From: Azolla caroliniana
Taxonomy: Eukaryota > Plantae > Polypodiophyta
Direction of reading: 5' to 3'
Assembly: GCA_043228905.1 (NCBI GenBank)
Contig: JBHGNT010000241.1
Coordinates: 1-45,948 of the forward strand
Length of the DNA stretch: 45,948 nucleotides
The first letter of the stretch is position 1. Each line of letters begins with the position of its first letter. Under the pieces are notes generated by a model that did no database searches, was not told where the DNA came from, and was given only the letters and a program-made list of their open reading frames with translations. Below are positions 11,454 through 23,025 of the stretch, piece after piece. Both the position numbers and the translations under genes were made by a program.

Positions 11454-13236
11454 TCGGCCACAAACCGATTCGGTAAGTCCACAATCACATGAAGACAACC
11501 CCAATGAGCAATCCCCCGTAGACCATCATTCAATGCTGCAGCCAACAGCGCCCACCACAACAAATGGGTCAGTCTGAGTCTATACGCCGCAAACAAACAA
11601 ACAAACAAAGGACAGGCGGGAAGCAGCAAAAAGAATGATTCTAAAATAATAAAGTTATTTCTAATGTGTAATGATGTTATTTACAGATTATACACAAATA
11701 AAATGTATTATAATAAATTACTGCATTTATTAACAGGTAATGTAGAACCACAAAAATTCTTTAATTGTTGATTTGAGATATCATTTGGTATCGACTGGGG
11801 CTACAGCTGTTATCATGCATTTATTAGGTTATATAATAGTCAATTTCTTCAGATCGGATGGTAGAAGTGCTATAACTGGCGGATTCAATAAATTTTACTA
11901 CATACTCGGAATAAGTAGTTTCACAAGTATTATTATTGTTTCACTATATGATAATTTGAAAGCTTTTATATATAAGTATTTTTCTTTGAAAAGTCTTACT
12001 AATTACATGCGAATATATGCACAAGTTTTTGTATTAGGTGTTATAACATGGTATTTAATAGCAGCAGCTTTGAATATCAATCAATAAATGATTTAATATC
12101 TTCCTGCTATAGATATATTGTTGATTATATCACCCCATCTCAGCAGGATGCTGTCAGCATACAACAACCCAACGTAACACATGAAAATAGTAGTGCTATT
12201 ATAGAAAAAGAAGAACAAGAAAAAGCTGCTAACAAGGTATGCAGCGAAGAAACGACAACTGCTTCTGATATACAGTCAAAAGCAGCTGTAAAAGAAGAAG
12301 AGGAAAACAGCGTGTCGTAGCTACTACTAAATCATCGGGTGATGATGCAGCAGAAACGAGCAGTACGGTATCTTCCGCATTAGAAGAAGAACAACGAAAG
12401 GCTGATCCGGGTAGTACTGCATGCAGTAGAATCAAACGATTCAACAACTAGTAGTAGTGTACCGATACATAAAGATAAGTATTTTTGGATTACGCTACTA
12501 ATACCTGTAGTAGCTGTTATAATAGCATATACATTTGGCAAACGAGGTGGTGGTGGTGATGATGATGGTCCATTACCTTCTATAAGTGATTTTAATCCAT
12601 TTTGAAATATGATGAATTGGTTTTGGTATAGACCTGGAAGACTTGATTTACCAAATGCTTGCTGCTTTGCTGCTTTGGAGGTTATAGATCCTGTAAATTC
12701 AACAGGTAGAATAATGGAAAGTATCCACCTTGCTATAGAGTATATGCGTCATAACCATGATGGCTTTTACATGGCTCTTGAATATCCCCAACATATACCA
12801 CTTATTTGAAAAGGATTCTTGTATTTAACTTGTTGCATAAGATTGGTACATGAGCGTTTTTTACGTGGCGATCGACTGGATGGTCGGCCTTCAAATGAAT
12901 AAATTAACACTATCGTAGATTCACTACTTAATACTAATGTTGAAAATAATAATAATAATAATAATAATTCTTATTTACCGTTATATTACTATACTAGTGC
13001 TAGTGACATAAATGCTAATTCATCATCTAATACAAATGTAATTGATGTGAATTTTTCGAACATCCAATTGGTTTTACTGTCCAGAGATTTCCAGATCTTG
13101 GTCTCGCAAGCAAGGTTGTTTACCTTTGATACTAATGTTAATATGGTGCGTGCACAGGAGTACTAGTATTAATGAAGATCTGTTCAGTGGATTGATATCA
13201 GGGTCTGTTGAAAATATCAGTATCAGTGATAGAACC

Positions 13237-13313
13237 GATGCCGAAATACAAACCGGTCTTGGTATTGATGCCGAAACACAAACCGGTCTTGGTATTGATG
13301 CCGAAACACAAAC
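13237..13313 (+). repeat. 30-bp tandem repeat, about 2.6 copies, encoding DAETQTGLGI
   Basis: Unit GATGCCGAAA(T/C)ACAAACCGGTCTTGGTATT. Confidence 0.9.
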
Positions 13314-13709
13314 TGATAATAATCATGCTGATCAACAAAAAAAAACTGTACAAACTGATGTTTCCCGTTTTCATTCTAGTAGTTCTTCTTCAAGAATATA
13401 TTTCTCTGCTAATGATGATGATGATGATGTTGATGACGATCTTTAATATTAACACAATCTTCTGCTGCTGGGTTAAAACAATACCACCACCTGCGTGTAT
13501 AAAAGAAAAATAAATAACAATAATAATAATAAAGTGTGTAGAGAAATTGGGTCTATGGATAGAGCTGAAACGCTCGCTGTGAACCAGACATCCATAAAAG
13601 GTAAACTTCTGTTTTGTTTTACCTCAAATTCAATTAAAAGGAACTATAACTAAAGGGAGTTTAGAGGCCATATGAATCTCTTCTAGGATCAAAAATGACT
13701 TGATTGAAT

Positions 13710-13798
13710 TTAAGAGAATTTTCCATGTTACACCAAGTTACTTACGGAAGTATGCATACACTCCAGGAACACTTCAGGGTAAACACCCATCCGAATGG
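13710..13798 (-). CDS. nad4: NADH dehydrogenase subunit 4, exon 3 (89 nt)
   Basis: IWMGVYPEVFLECMHTSVSNLVQHGKFS* after editing; follows the intron end GACCCTAC. Confidence 0.93.
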
Positions 13799-14099
13799 GT
13801 AGGGTCGAAGGTTCAGCATTCAGGCCGTAACATTAGTTAAGCAGAACAAAAAAAAGATTTTTCACCCTAAATGCGTAGTAAAGTGCTCTCCGAACCGAGC
13901 TGGATAGTCTCCTCTCACTCGGCTCACTAACCTGAACTTTCATTGTTACGGCTTCAGATATTTAAACCGCACGCAATTGTTGGATGGTTCCCAGCTTTTC
14001 GTATGGGGGTTCTCATACGGCATAAGTGACAGAGTGGTATTTGTTTCCTTCTTGCCGTAATCACCATTTGTTTGACGAAATCGTTCGTGTGCGATCCCT

Positions 14100-15655
14100 T
14101 TATTATTATTGCGGTCGAGTGCCGGTATGTGGTACGCCTGCGGCTCTCGGCTCCGTCACAAGCGGCGCATACGTTCCGTAAGGCGGCGCGCGCTGTTCGG
14201 CCACGATCTGATCTCCATTGTAGTTTTCTTCATGGATCTGGCACTTGCTAGGCCTGTATTGGATCTGGTACTCAATTCCTTGACAGTGGCTTTACTACGT
14301 TCGGTCGTAGTGTGTTCACAATTCGTACAAACGGAACGTCTGGCATCGATTGCTTCTACAAGATCACCGGGCCTCTGCCGCCCAATCTCGTATGCGATGG
14401 TCGGTGGCCGATAGGCTTTGCTCCCTCTAGGGGCCGGTCCTCGCTCGCCAGCGGTTGCGGACGCTTCGCTAATCAATCTACAGTTCGATTTAGCAGCGAG
14501 AACGAAAGCCAGTAAGTACCGTAGTGTAAGAGAAAGATACCCTGATGATATTTTGTCGCCTGTTTCCAGCAGCAAGGTAGTGGCGATTGGGATACGCTAC
14601 GAAGAATAGACGCGACTCTTGATTCTCTGAAAAGGTGGATTTTGGAAATACTTGAGGAAGTTGTTTGGATCCTTATCACAAAACCCTCATTCTTTACCTC
14701 TATTATTTTTTCACGCACGAATTCCGTTCCCTTTCATGACCCTTTGTTCTACCACATTCCTCCCATTCCATGAACTTTTGTTTCTTTCACTCTCGGAGTA
14801 GGCGCGAAGCCAGCCAGCCTTCCCGGCTTTACAGGTTTCGACTAGGGAAGTCTTTATATCAATCAAATTTTGGTTGGGTATCTCTCGCACACTTCCTTCT
14901 ATGAACCTCGGGCTGTAAGTCACTTTCGAGAGTCTGTCCAAGAAGGCCTGGCTTTCCGTGATCGATACTATCGTGCGTGTTTACCGATACCTTCTCTCAT
15001 ACACTAAACGGTACCACGGAGATCTCTACGTACTTGTCTTAGACAAGTATGCTGAGACCTTCCCAGCCCCCGTGGAAGCGGCAAAGGCTGCAGGGCGAAG
15101 CAGATTGCTCTAAGAAAAGAAGGGTTCGCACCTGCGGCCTGTACAAGTCTGTCTTAGAATTATGGTATGCTAAAGGGCATAGCAGCAAGCGCCTACAGCT
15201 AGATTTGGGAATGCAAGGGGGGCGGGGCGGGGCGGGGCGGGGCGGGGCGGGGCGGGCGAGAGATCCCGCTATGCTTTCTTTGCGGCATGATACTACGGAA
15301 TCAAGGCCGCAGGTCCAGCAGTATTTTCACGAAGATGCCGTCTATAGTGGTTCCCTCGAGCCCAGCCCTTGGTCGTCATTGACCTGAGATTAGGTGCTAG
15401 TTTTTCATAGGCAGCAATCCGTCATATATCTATGTCCCATCGAAATGGTCTTTCGACCTTCGCTCGATCTCGACAGCTTAGATCCCATAAGACACGTAGT
15501 TGTTGTTCCATTGTCGTCAAAGCCTCGAGCTTTAATCCATCCGGACCTGGAGTCAATTTTCTCGTGTCATTCAAGTGTACAACGTCCATCAATGATAGTT
15601 CATTAATGTCCATTGATTTAGACTCCTTCTCCGCCACCTTATACAAATAAGATCG
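14100..15655 (-). pseudogene. degenerate RT/maturase ORF in nad4i1399g2
   Basis: RT0-like LTPGPDGLKLE near 15520-15555; X-domain-like VKNEGF and TLRYLLAFVLAAKSN.RLISEA at 14450-14700. Broken by frameshifts and a (GGGCG)n array. Confidence 0.65.
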
Positions 15656-16119
15656 ATAGGGGTCGGGCCTTTCATTTGAGGGCCCCTGTTCCCTAGCCCT
15701 CACAACGAACCACCGTACGGAAGCCTTTCGACTCGTACGGCTCGCCCTCTCAGATCTAGACCCTGGCATTACCAGTTAGGTCTTTACCCGTTGTTCTGCC
15801 ACGGCGAGGCCCAGTCTAGCTTGCGTGTGGAGTGGCGTACAGATTTGTTAAGGAAATGTCCGTTGCCTTAGTAGAGAACAGTACAATCCTGGACTGGCCC
15901 TCTTTGTATTAACCGCTAAGGTCTATGTCGTCACTACGAGCGAGGCCTCTGAACTCTTCAAGGACGCCGTCAAAGAAGGGGATGATTGGCCCCGACTTTT
16001 GAAACTACTAGGTTTTCCTTTTTAGTGAGAGCTATGCGGCCCTTGCTTTTCATGCGGAAAAAAGAAGAAACCTTGCTTGGCTTGCCAAAGTAAGCTCAGC
16101 AGTCAGCCTACGGGCGCAC
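15656..16119 (-). other. nested compact group II intron (inner intron of a twintron, or fossil), 464 nt
   Basis: 5' GTGCGCCCG at 16119; DIII-like hairpin GACCT-AACTGG-TAATG-CCAGGGTC; domain V GAGCCGTACGAGTCGAAAGGCTTCCGTACGGTGGTTC (15707-15743); DVI ending CCCGACCCCTAT at 15656. Confidence 0.72.
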
Positions 16120-16652
16120 GGTAAGGTGTTTGGCTTTTTTTTGCCGGATCTAGAGAGATACTACGAGTCCCCCGCCCCAGATTCCCGAATCCGCGGTTAT
16201 CTAGTTCGCCGGTACTACCAAAAACTCTGATGCTTACGTTACCGAACTAGTAGTGTCAGTCCGAACGGCCGGCGGAAAACCCAGTTGTGCTTTTAGCATC
16301 GGCTCCGTATCGAAGTTGGAAACTCCCCGTGCTCTGCCATAAATGCTTGGAGTCCATATTTATTATGGTGGAGATAATGCTGTGATAGAATTGATTGCTC
16401 AATAACCTAACCGAGCGCGCGTTCGAGTCATTGGCTCGTCCAACCTCGCATTCATGAGTAACCCATTCAACTGTCTTTCGGAGACACGGTCGGAAAGTGA
16501 GGGCCGAAAGTGGCTGGCCTCGCTCTTTCCTTTCGCAACAGGCTATGTTCCCTATTTATTAAGGTAAGTTGCCTCCGTCTCATCGCGAGCACCTACAATG
16601 TTGTGATTACATTGTTTAGTAATACATTTACTTGGTGGTTTAACGGTCGCCT

Positions 16653-17075
16653 CTCCAGGAATGGAAGGTAAAAATGTTAGAACTTCTCTTCTATTCAAAT
16701 CGGAGAATTTATGGAGGAATTTGGGTTTCGAATTCCCAAAAACCACACGATTATATAGCCAAAGAGGATAGGCTGCGCCTAAAATCATCCCAAGTGCCGC
16801 CGATGTGGCCACTAAGCTATTTTTTTAAGAAGCTCCCACTAGAATAGGAAATTCCCCAATGGAGCTGCTAGTGCCGGGTAAACTCATATTAGCTGGAGTA
16901 GAAAGTAATGGAATGGTGAAGAAATTTAGCATGGTGCTTGCTAGACCTCCGTAATACCTAACAGGTCGGGTCTTATATCAGTCGTATGGAGCACCAACGC
17001 ATGAGAAAAGGGCTAAAAGAACCAGTCCATAACTTGACGTGGGTAAAATGCTACCTTCAATTCCCTATATGTTTG
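16653..17075 (-). CDS. nad4: NADH dehydrogenase subunit 4, exon 2 (423 nt)
   Basis: NIQGIEGSILLMLSHGL...NMSLPGTSSFIGEF...LGMILGAAYSLWLYNRVVFGN after editing. Length matches the i976-i1399 spacing. Confidence 0.93.
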
Positions 17076-18748
17076 ATAGAGTGAAATCTTCTCCCCGAGT
17101 ACGCCGATTCCTCCCTGAACCGTACGAGGTAGTTACCTATCATACGGCTCTCTAACTCCACTTATTGGGTTGTTCTGCTTCCAATCGATGGTAGTACCTG
17201 AGATCTGTTACTGAAATGAACCCCTTTGAACATAAAGCCGCCCGCTTTCTATTCATGGTTGGCATGTATCCTTCCGAAATCGGCACCCGTCCGCCTAAAG
17301 AGAGAAAGCGTGTAGTGCTTTCCCGGGCGGGGCCGGAGGCCCTCTGAACCGAAGGTTCTCTAGAAAACCTTTTTCCCGAGAAAAGAAAAGTGCTCCCGAT
17401 GATGCGTAAGGCTGCGGACTTACTAAATAAAGGGTCTGGAACCGGATACGATAACGGCGTATCCTGAAAGCAAGCCTCTAACTCGAATAGGATTGTGCCG
17501 TCAATGGCCTTCCCATCAGGAGGGAGAGGAGGGCCAGGTGTCCGCCTGTATTATTTTTTTTGGCTTACTCTTGGGTGGACAGTAACCTATGAACCTATGT
17601 TACATGGAAAGCCGGACTGTGGCATGTAGTTTTATTGTTGTTACGAGGGCTGGAAACCAACCGGTTCGCACAAGTATCAATCCCATTCTGTGTGGTGGCA
17701 GACACATCCGCTAGGGGATCCGTGGAGATTGGCTCCGCGCGCAAATGGCGGCCGGGTGAAGCCGGCGTGGAGTAAGATCTGCTGCGAGGGTCATGCAGAT
17801 ACATAGGCCCCTTCCCTTCCGCCGAATCGTTCAGCGCTTTCCGCCGTTCGCACGGTCCTTTAGTGGGAGTTGGGCAGGTGCTATGGGCTTCTGACTTCCA
17901 GCTACGCGCCCCTTGCAAAGCAGCGAATGGAGGCTGATAGTATTTTAAACGCGTTCAAAATACTGAAAATCTTTTTAGCGACATGAATAAAAAGAATAAA
18001 TTCATTCGTGAAAGAATGAATGAAGGGTTCGCCGCTCAGCTGAATCTCGCCGGTGTCACCTATAGGCTGCGACGCCTAGAGTTGTCGTTTGTGCACCCCA
18101 CCCGTCCCCAATGAAATGAGTAATCCACTCCCTTGCCAATTGTGGCCTTAGCACTTAGTCTCGATGGCTGGCGGGGAGTGTAACAGCTTATGTTCGCGCG
18201 TCTTCCCACGCGTACTGGACACGTGTCAGCTGTAGGAAGTATTGTTCCGGAAACGACTCCAATTCGCCAATTCAGGCTCAACTCGCTTGACGTTAGCGGA
18301 CTTGCATGATACTATCGGGCAATCCGGGAAGATGGCGAGGGAAGAGAATGCGTTAAGGCTGTGAACTTTGAGTTTTCCTCTCTGAGCCCAGAGAACGCTA
18401 TGCATTTTTCAGGGGCTTTAGCCACTCAACCGAAGGGAAGAGGGTAAACTGATTCTTACTCTGTAGAGCCGTGCTGCGCATTTTCGTTCGTAGAGCTAGC
18501 GAAGTCCCCTCACCTACTCTACTCTCCTTGCCGCCTTTTGATGAGAAAAGTAGAAAATGAAACAACGCCGCCTCTAAGGCCCCGCATCCAGCACAAGTAC
18601 TTCCTGCTAAATTCAATCAAGCTGCTTCTACGACATGCTACGCTTTCTGTCCTATGGTTAGAAGGTTAATTGGTCGCACGTCCGGCATACAGGTTTTTTT
18701 TGGCCTTGCGTGTTCATAACTTAACTATAGGTGACCTTACGGCCGCCC
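17076..18748 (-). other. nad4: group II intron nad4i976g2
   Basis: 5' GGGCGGCCG; domain V GAGCCGTATGATAGGTAACTACCTCGTACGGTTC; 3' CACTCTAT. Confidence 0.92.
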
Positions 18749-19715
18749 GACTAGACATACCAATAGTTACAAAATTCATATAGGCTACTAAAGGGTAGGC
18801 AATAATCTTTTTCAGATCAATTTATCTTATAGTAGTCAGGAGAGTGTATATAATAGCAATCACGCTTAGAGTATAAATAAAAAGAGTAAAATAAAGTATC
18901 ACTCCAGGAAACATGAGTACAGAAAATCTTAAAAAACCATAGGTTCCCAGTTTTAAAAAAATTCCTGCCAAGATTACAAATCCAGCTGTAAGTACCTCTA
19001 CATGAGCTTCGGGTAACCAAATATGAACTGGTACCATAGGCACTTTTACAGAGAAAGAAGCGAAAAAGGCGAGCCATAGCAAGATTTAGCGCCATTCACT
19101 AGACTCTGTGGTTAATAATATATGCAAATCGATAGTTCCCGTCTGAAAGAAAATCAATAAGATAGCTAAGAGCATGAAGACAGATCCAAGCAAGGTATAT
19201 AAGAGAAACTAATGTGCCGCTCATATTTTTCTTTATCTAGAACCCCATACCCCTATAATAATAAACATAAAGATTAACACGCTTTCGAAAAAAACATAAA
19301 AAAGTAAAATATCCAGCATGCGAGACACAGCAATCGTAAAAGATTCACCAATTGAAAATGCTATTATATACTCTTTCTTAAAACTTTCGATACTGGACCA
19401 ACCTACTAAAATGCAAATGGAAACTGAAGACATGGTCGAGACTGCTAAAGATAGGAGAGTACCGTCTATACCTATGATGAAATTGATGTTTGAATGGGGA
19501 AGCCATCAAATAGTTTCCGCAAATTAAAATTTGGCTGTAGAATTATCGGATCATGTCCGAAAAACTGAAAAATACGAGAAAATCATCAAAAAAGCGCACA
19601 GACCAGTGATTCATATCCGTCATATTCCGAAATCGAGAAAAACCGAAGAAATAATGCTTCCCAACGGAGAACATAGGGTGAGACCACTGAGATGGGATTC
19701 CGCTAATAACATCAT
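18749..19715 (-). CDS. nad4: NADH dehydrogenase subunit 4, exon 1 (no intron at i461)
   Basis: ATG at 19715; ..[57 protein letters not shown]. Many stops that editing can remove. Confidence 0.93.
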
Positions 19716-21003
19716 CTTTTAATTTAATAAGTCTGTTCGGTTTTTTCCCTTTTTCTCTCTCCTCCATATGCATGGGAGTTAAAGGTTGGTTCTTCAACAA
19801 GTCGCAGCAATGCAATGCAATGCAATGCAATGAAGGCCTTCGCTTTGTCTCGTCGACCGCAAACAAAGCGGCGATGGGCTGGCTTTCCGCGTTTCCGTAA
19901 AGAAAATCGAAAGAACTCTGATTGATTCTTATTCGTAGTTGGGATGCAGGGATAGATTTATTTCTTCCTCGAAGAACCGTACGAACGATTAGGCCGCTGC
20001 GATTTCCACACGCAGACACGCGGATTCAGCATGAAGGGCGGGCGATTTATTCCCCGATCGAACGAATGAATGAATGAATGAATAGGGTGTCGTTCGCAAT
20101 GACAAGGAACGTTAGCTGGAAACGCGGTCAACTAACGGGCACAAGTGCAATATTTTCATTTTGGTGTGACTCTTGGTTGGAGAAGGCCACACCACAGTTG
20201 GTCTCTTCTCCATAAGCCGGACCGCCAACGTCAAGGCGAGATCACATTGGTCCAGTCCCCGCATAGCCAGTGGAAGGGTGAGGTGCATCCACTCAGATAG
20301 CATGGGGAGGTCGAATGACTGCGGCCACGTCAATCCGCTTCTTTTCTTTTCTTGTTGGGCCGCTAGCAATTGTCTAGCTTCTGCTACCAACTCCCCCATC
20401 GGGCCGTCTGACTTTACCGTAGCCGATAAGTAGCGTTAATCGTCTTCATCGCGCTGATGAAGCAGCGGGTTCATCCACCACCTTGGTTCTTCCCCGCAAG
20501 CAACTTCCGCCGTATTATCCATAGCTGTTCATCAAGAAGGCCTAGAGTTAGTTTTCCGATAAGATTCAAGCTACAATTTCAAACAGCACCTTTTCTTCAT
20601 GAAGCGCAAGAAAACTGCACTGCGGAAGAAGAAGAAGCGGTAAAAAGTGTAATATAAATGGCTACCAAAGTTCTTCTTTTGAACTTTCAAGAAGGCCTGA
20701 ATATTCATGGATTATTATACGATAATCTTTAATGCGGCTCAGATTGCGGAAAGAATTGAATGCTGGAATTTCGAAATTCCGTTGGTAAAATTCAGAAGGA
20801 TCATGCAAGAAGGCAATATCATCTTCTGGCCATAATCTGCGAATCCAGCAAAGCAAAGCAAAGCAGCACTTTTCTTTTCACTTTAAACCGAGCCGGCGGC
20901 AATCTTGATGAATCACTGGCAAGAAGATGCTTTGCACTTTTCTTTCCACTTTAAAGCAGCAATCTTTTCACTCGGAAATGGCAAAAGAGCTTGGAAGAAG
21001 AAT

Positions 21004-21074
21004 AGGCTAGGGACGGAGTCGAACCGTCATTCCAGGATTTGCAGTCCAATACATTGCCATTATGTTACCCAGCC
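21004..21074 (-). tRNA. trnC: tRNA-Cys(GCA), copy 2
   Basis: Reverse complement identical to 3704-3774. Confidence 0.93.
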
Positions 21075-21280
21075 AGCAGAACGTTTTTCCCGCTTAAATG
21101 AAGAGAGGCGGGACTCTCATTTAAGGGGGGTGACCTTAGGCCACCCTTTGAAATAATCTAAAGCCTTACAATCAATTTCTGCGATGCCATAAAATGTGAA
21201 CCAACGACAACGATTTTGGGCAAAATAAGAATTAGTGATTGAAAAAGACCCGCAGCTTGCTTGTGAAGCCGACCAGCGTA

Positions 21281-21431
21281 CTGCCAACACGACTTGTTTA
21301 TGCCTATTAAAGAACCTTTTAATGCTAATTCACAGAAAACTATACGAAGCATACAAAATAACTAATATACGAAACGGAAGCGACCGATGGAAATACGTCA
21401 GTTTCTTACTCATGTAAATAAACTATTTCTT
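21281..21431 (-). pseudogene. rps14: 5'-truncated duplicate of rps14 exon 2
   Basis: Repeat B starts inside exon 2, at the position equivalent to 3347. Confidence 0.85.
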
Positions 21432-21482
21432 GCTGCTGTTGGTGCTTAGGAAGAGACTGCTGGTTAGGGGGCGGCTTTCGAT

Positions 21483-22204
21483 TCAATGGTGCTTTTTCTT
21501 TTCTGAAACTAGCGCAGCACGAATCTCTTCTTTTACCGCAATATTACGCTTTATTGGGTTCGTGTTCAGAATTCTGGATGTCCTACTTCTGCAGAATGTC
21601 TCATTTCTGCTTCTGCGAAACTTTAGACCTTTGTTTCCAAATTTCCCACTTCTGCTTTTATTCTTGTGGAACCTAAATTTTCTACTTTTGTAAAATTTCT
21701 TCTTTTTGTGGAACCTCTCACTCTCATTTTTGCGAAAGGGACTCCTGAAAAGGAAAGCCACGAACCCTGCAGTAACTGCGGCATACCCACCCTTCATTAA
21801 ATTGAAAATCAACCCTTTGACCTTGTCGCGGTCACGCCAAATCTTGGTTAGTTCAATCCGAACTATTTTCTTGTTCAATGGTTTTGACAAAATAATTTCC
21901 GGTTTACGTGGTTCTGGCAAAATAATTTTTGGTTCACGAAGCTCTTCCACTTTTTCCAGATTCGAATCTTCGATCCCAACAGAATTAAACTTTGCTTACT
22001 TGGTGATTGGCGCTCTTGCTGTCACTTCATGTTTTAAAAGGATTACAGGAGTTTTCAGTCCTGTATTCACCAAGATCATATTCTGCGGGTGTAACAGTTT
22101 GATTAAACCTCTGTCCCCATCATGACTTTTGTCCCTGTATTATAATGGTTTCACTGAATATTATAGAGCGCCTTCACGTAGTAAAGTGGGACTAGAATTA
22201 TACA
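21483..22204 (-). CDS. rps1: ribosomal protein S1, exon 2
   Basis: YNSS..VNTGLKTP..PITKQAKF..GIED..EPKIILP..IELTKIW..VKGFILNSMKGGYAVAIAGFVAFLPRS after editing. The stop TGA at 21483 could itself be edited. Confidence 0.88.
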
Positions 22205-22362
22205 GTTAACCTAAGCCGCACCATTACTGCTGGGGCTTGGCTCCCGAACCGTGCATGAGCTATAGGCCTCACACGGCTCTTCCCGTCATGCTGGCATCTC
22301 CTCCCCGTATTTAGCTATGACGGAAGGCGTTTCGAGTTATGGTATGATTTCACTCCAAATTG

Positions 22363-22393
<31 letters not shown>

Positions 22394-23000
22394 TTAGGAC
22401 GGTGATTTAACGCGAGTTTGAATACCTTACGTATGATTCGCTGTCATCTACGATCCAATTTGAAGAAGTTAATGGGTCCCCGTGTCAGCTCTGGAGCTTG
22501 GTGAAGAATCCTATTTCCAAGAGCATACAGCCTGGCGGGCCTTCCGTTTCCGGAGCTTCATGGGCGTTGCCCCGTTCCCCAACCAGATGCTTGGATGTGA
22601 GCTATACTCCGTAAGGGATGCCGCGAGCGTAGATGGTCTGTCTCAGACAGAAGAGCCATCGATAACTTACTTTTCTCGGGCGTCAAGGGATGCTCAATGA
22701 CAATCCCCAAGTTGTCACTGCCTTGCTCCCTCCCGCTATTACGATAACGAGTCCCGTGGTCAGCACCGTCGATTGGGCCACGAAGCTTACACTCATTCAT
22801 TGTTCGTCCTGCGCCCCGGGCCTTTTGCTTTTGCAGTTTCGAAGGTAGCCGCCCTTCCATCAAGGCCTGGGAGTCAACTGAACATCTCAGCTACTGGCGG
22901 AAAAGATCGGCGATCTCTTTTTGTCCGCTTTTGGTTGAAGTTCACGTTATTAATAGCGTGAGCCGTTTTGCAGATATTGCTTAGGGCTAACAGATCACAC
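22205..23000 (-). other. rps1: group II intron rps1i25g2
   Basis: 5' GTGTGATCTGTTAGCCC; domain V GAGCCGTGTGAGGCCTATAGCTCATGCACGGTTC; 3' TTAGGTTAAC. Inserted after CDS nucleotide 25. Confidence 0.9.
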
Positions 23001-23025
23001 TGGGGAATAATTAACCAAAGCTCGT
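23001..23025 (-). CDS. rps1: ribosomal protein S1, exon 1 (25 nt, ACG>AUG start)
   Basis: ACG AGC TTT GGT TAA TTA TTC CCC A = MSFGQLFP after editing. Confidence 0.85.

Larger units (their letters stand above)
13799..16652 (-). other. nad4: group II intron nad4i1399g2 (outer intron, with a maturase remnant and a nested intron)
   Basis: 5' AGGCGACCG; domain V GAGCCGAGTGAGAGGAGACTATCCAGCTCGGTTC near 13892-13925; 3' end CCCTAC. Confidence 0.9.
19728..21431 (-). repeat. large repeat copy B (inverted; matches 38166-39870 and, in part, 3347-4652)
   Basis: Mirror-image ORF peptides; boundaries read at 19728 and 21431. Confidence 0.95.

Noticed and set aside
13237-13313. CRISPR-like array
   Set aside because: Head-to-tail 30-bp units without unique spacers, and no cas genes.
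21706-22125. 139-aa plus-strand ORF
   Set aside because: Antisense shadow of rps1.
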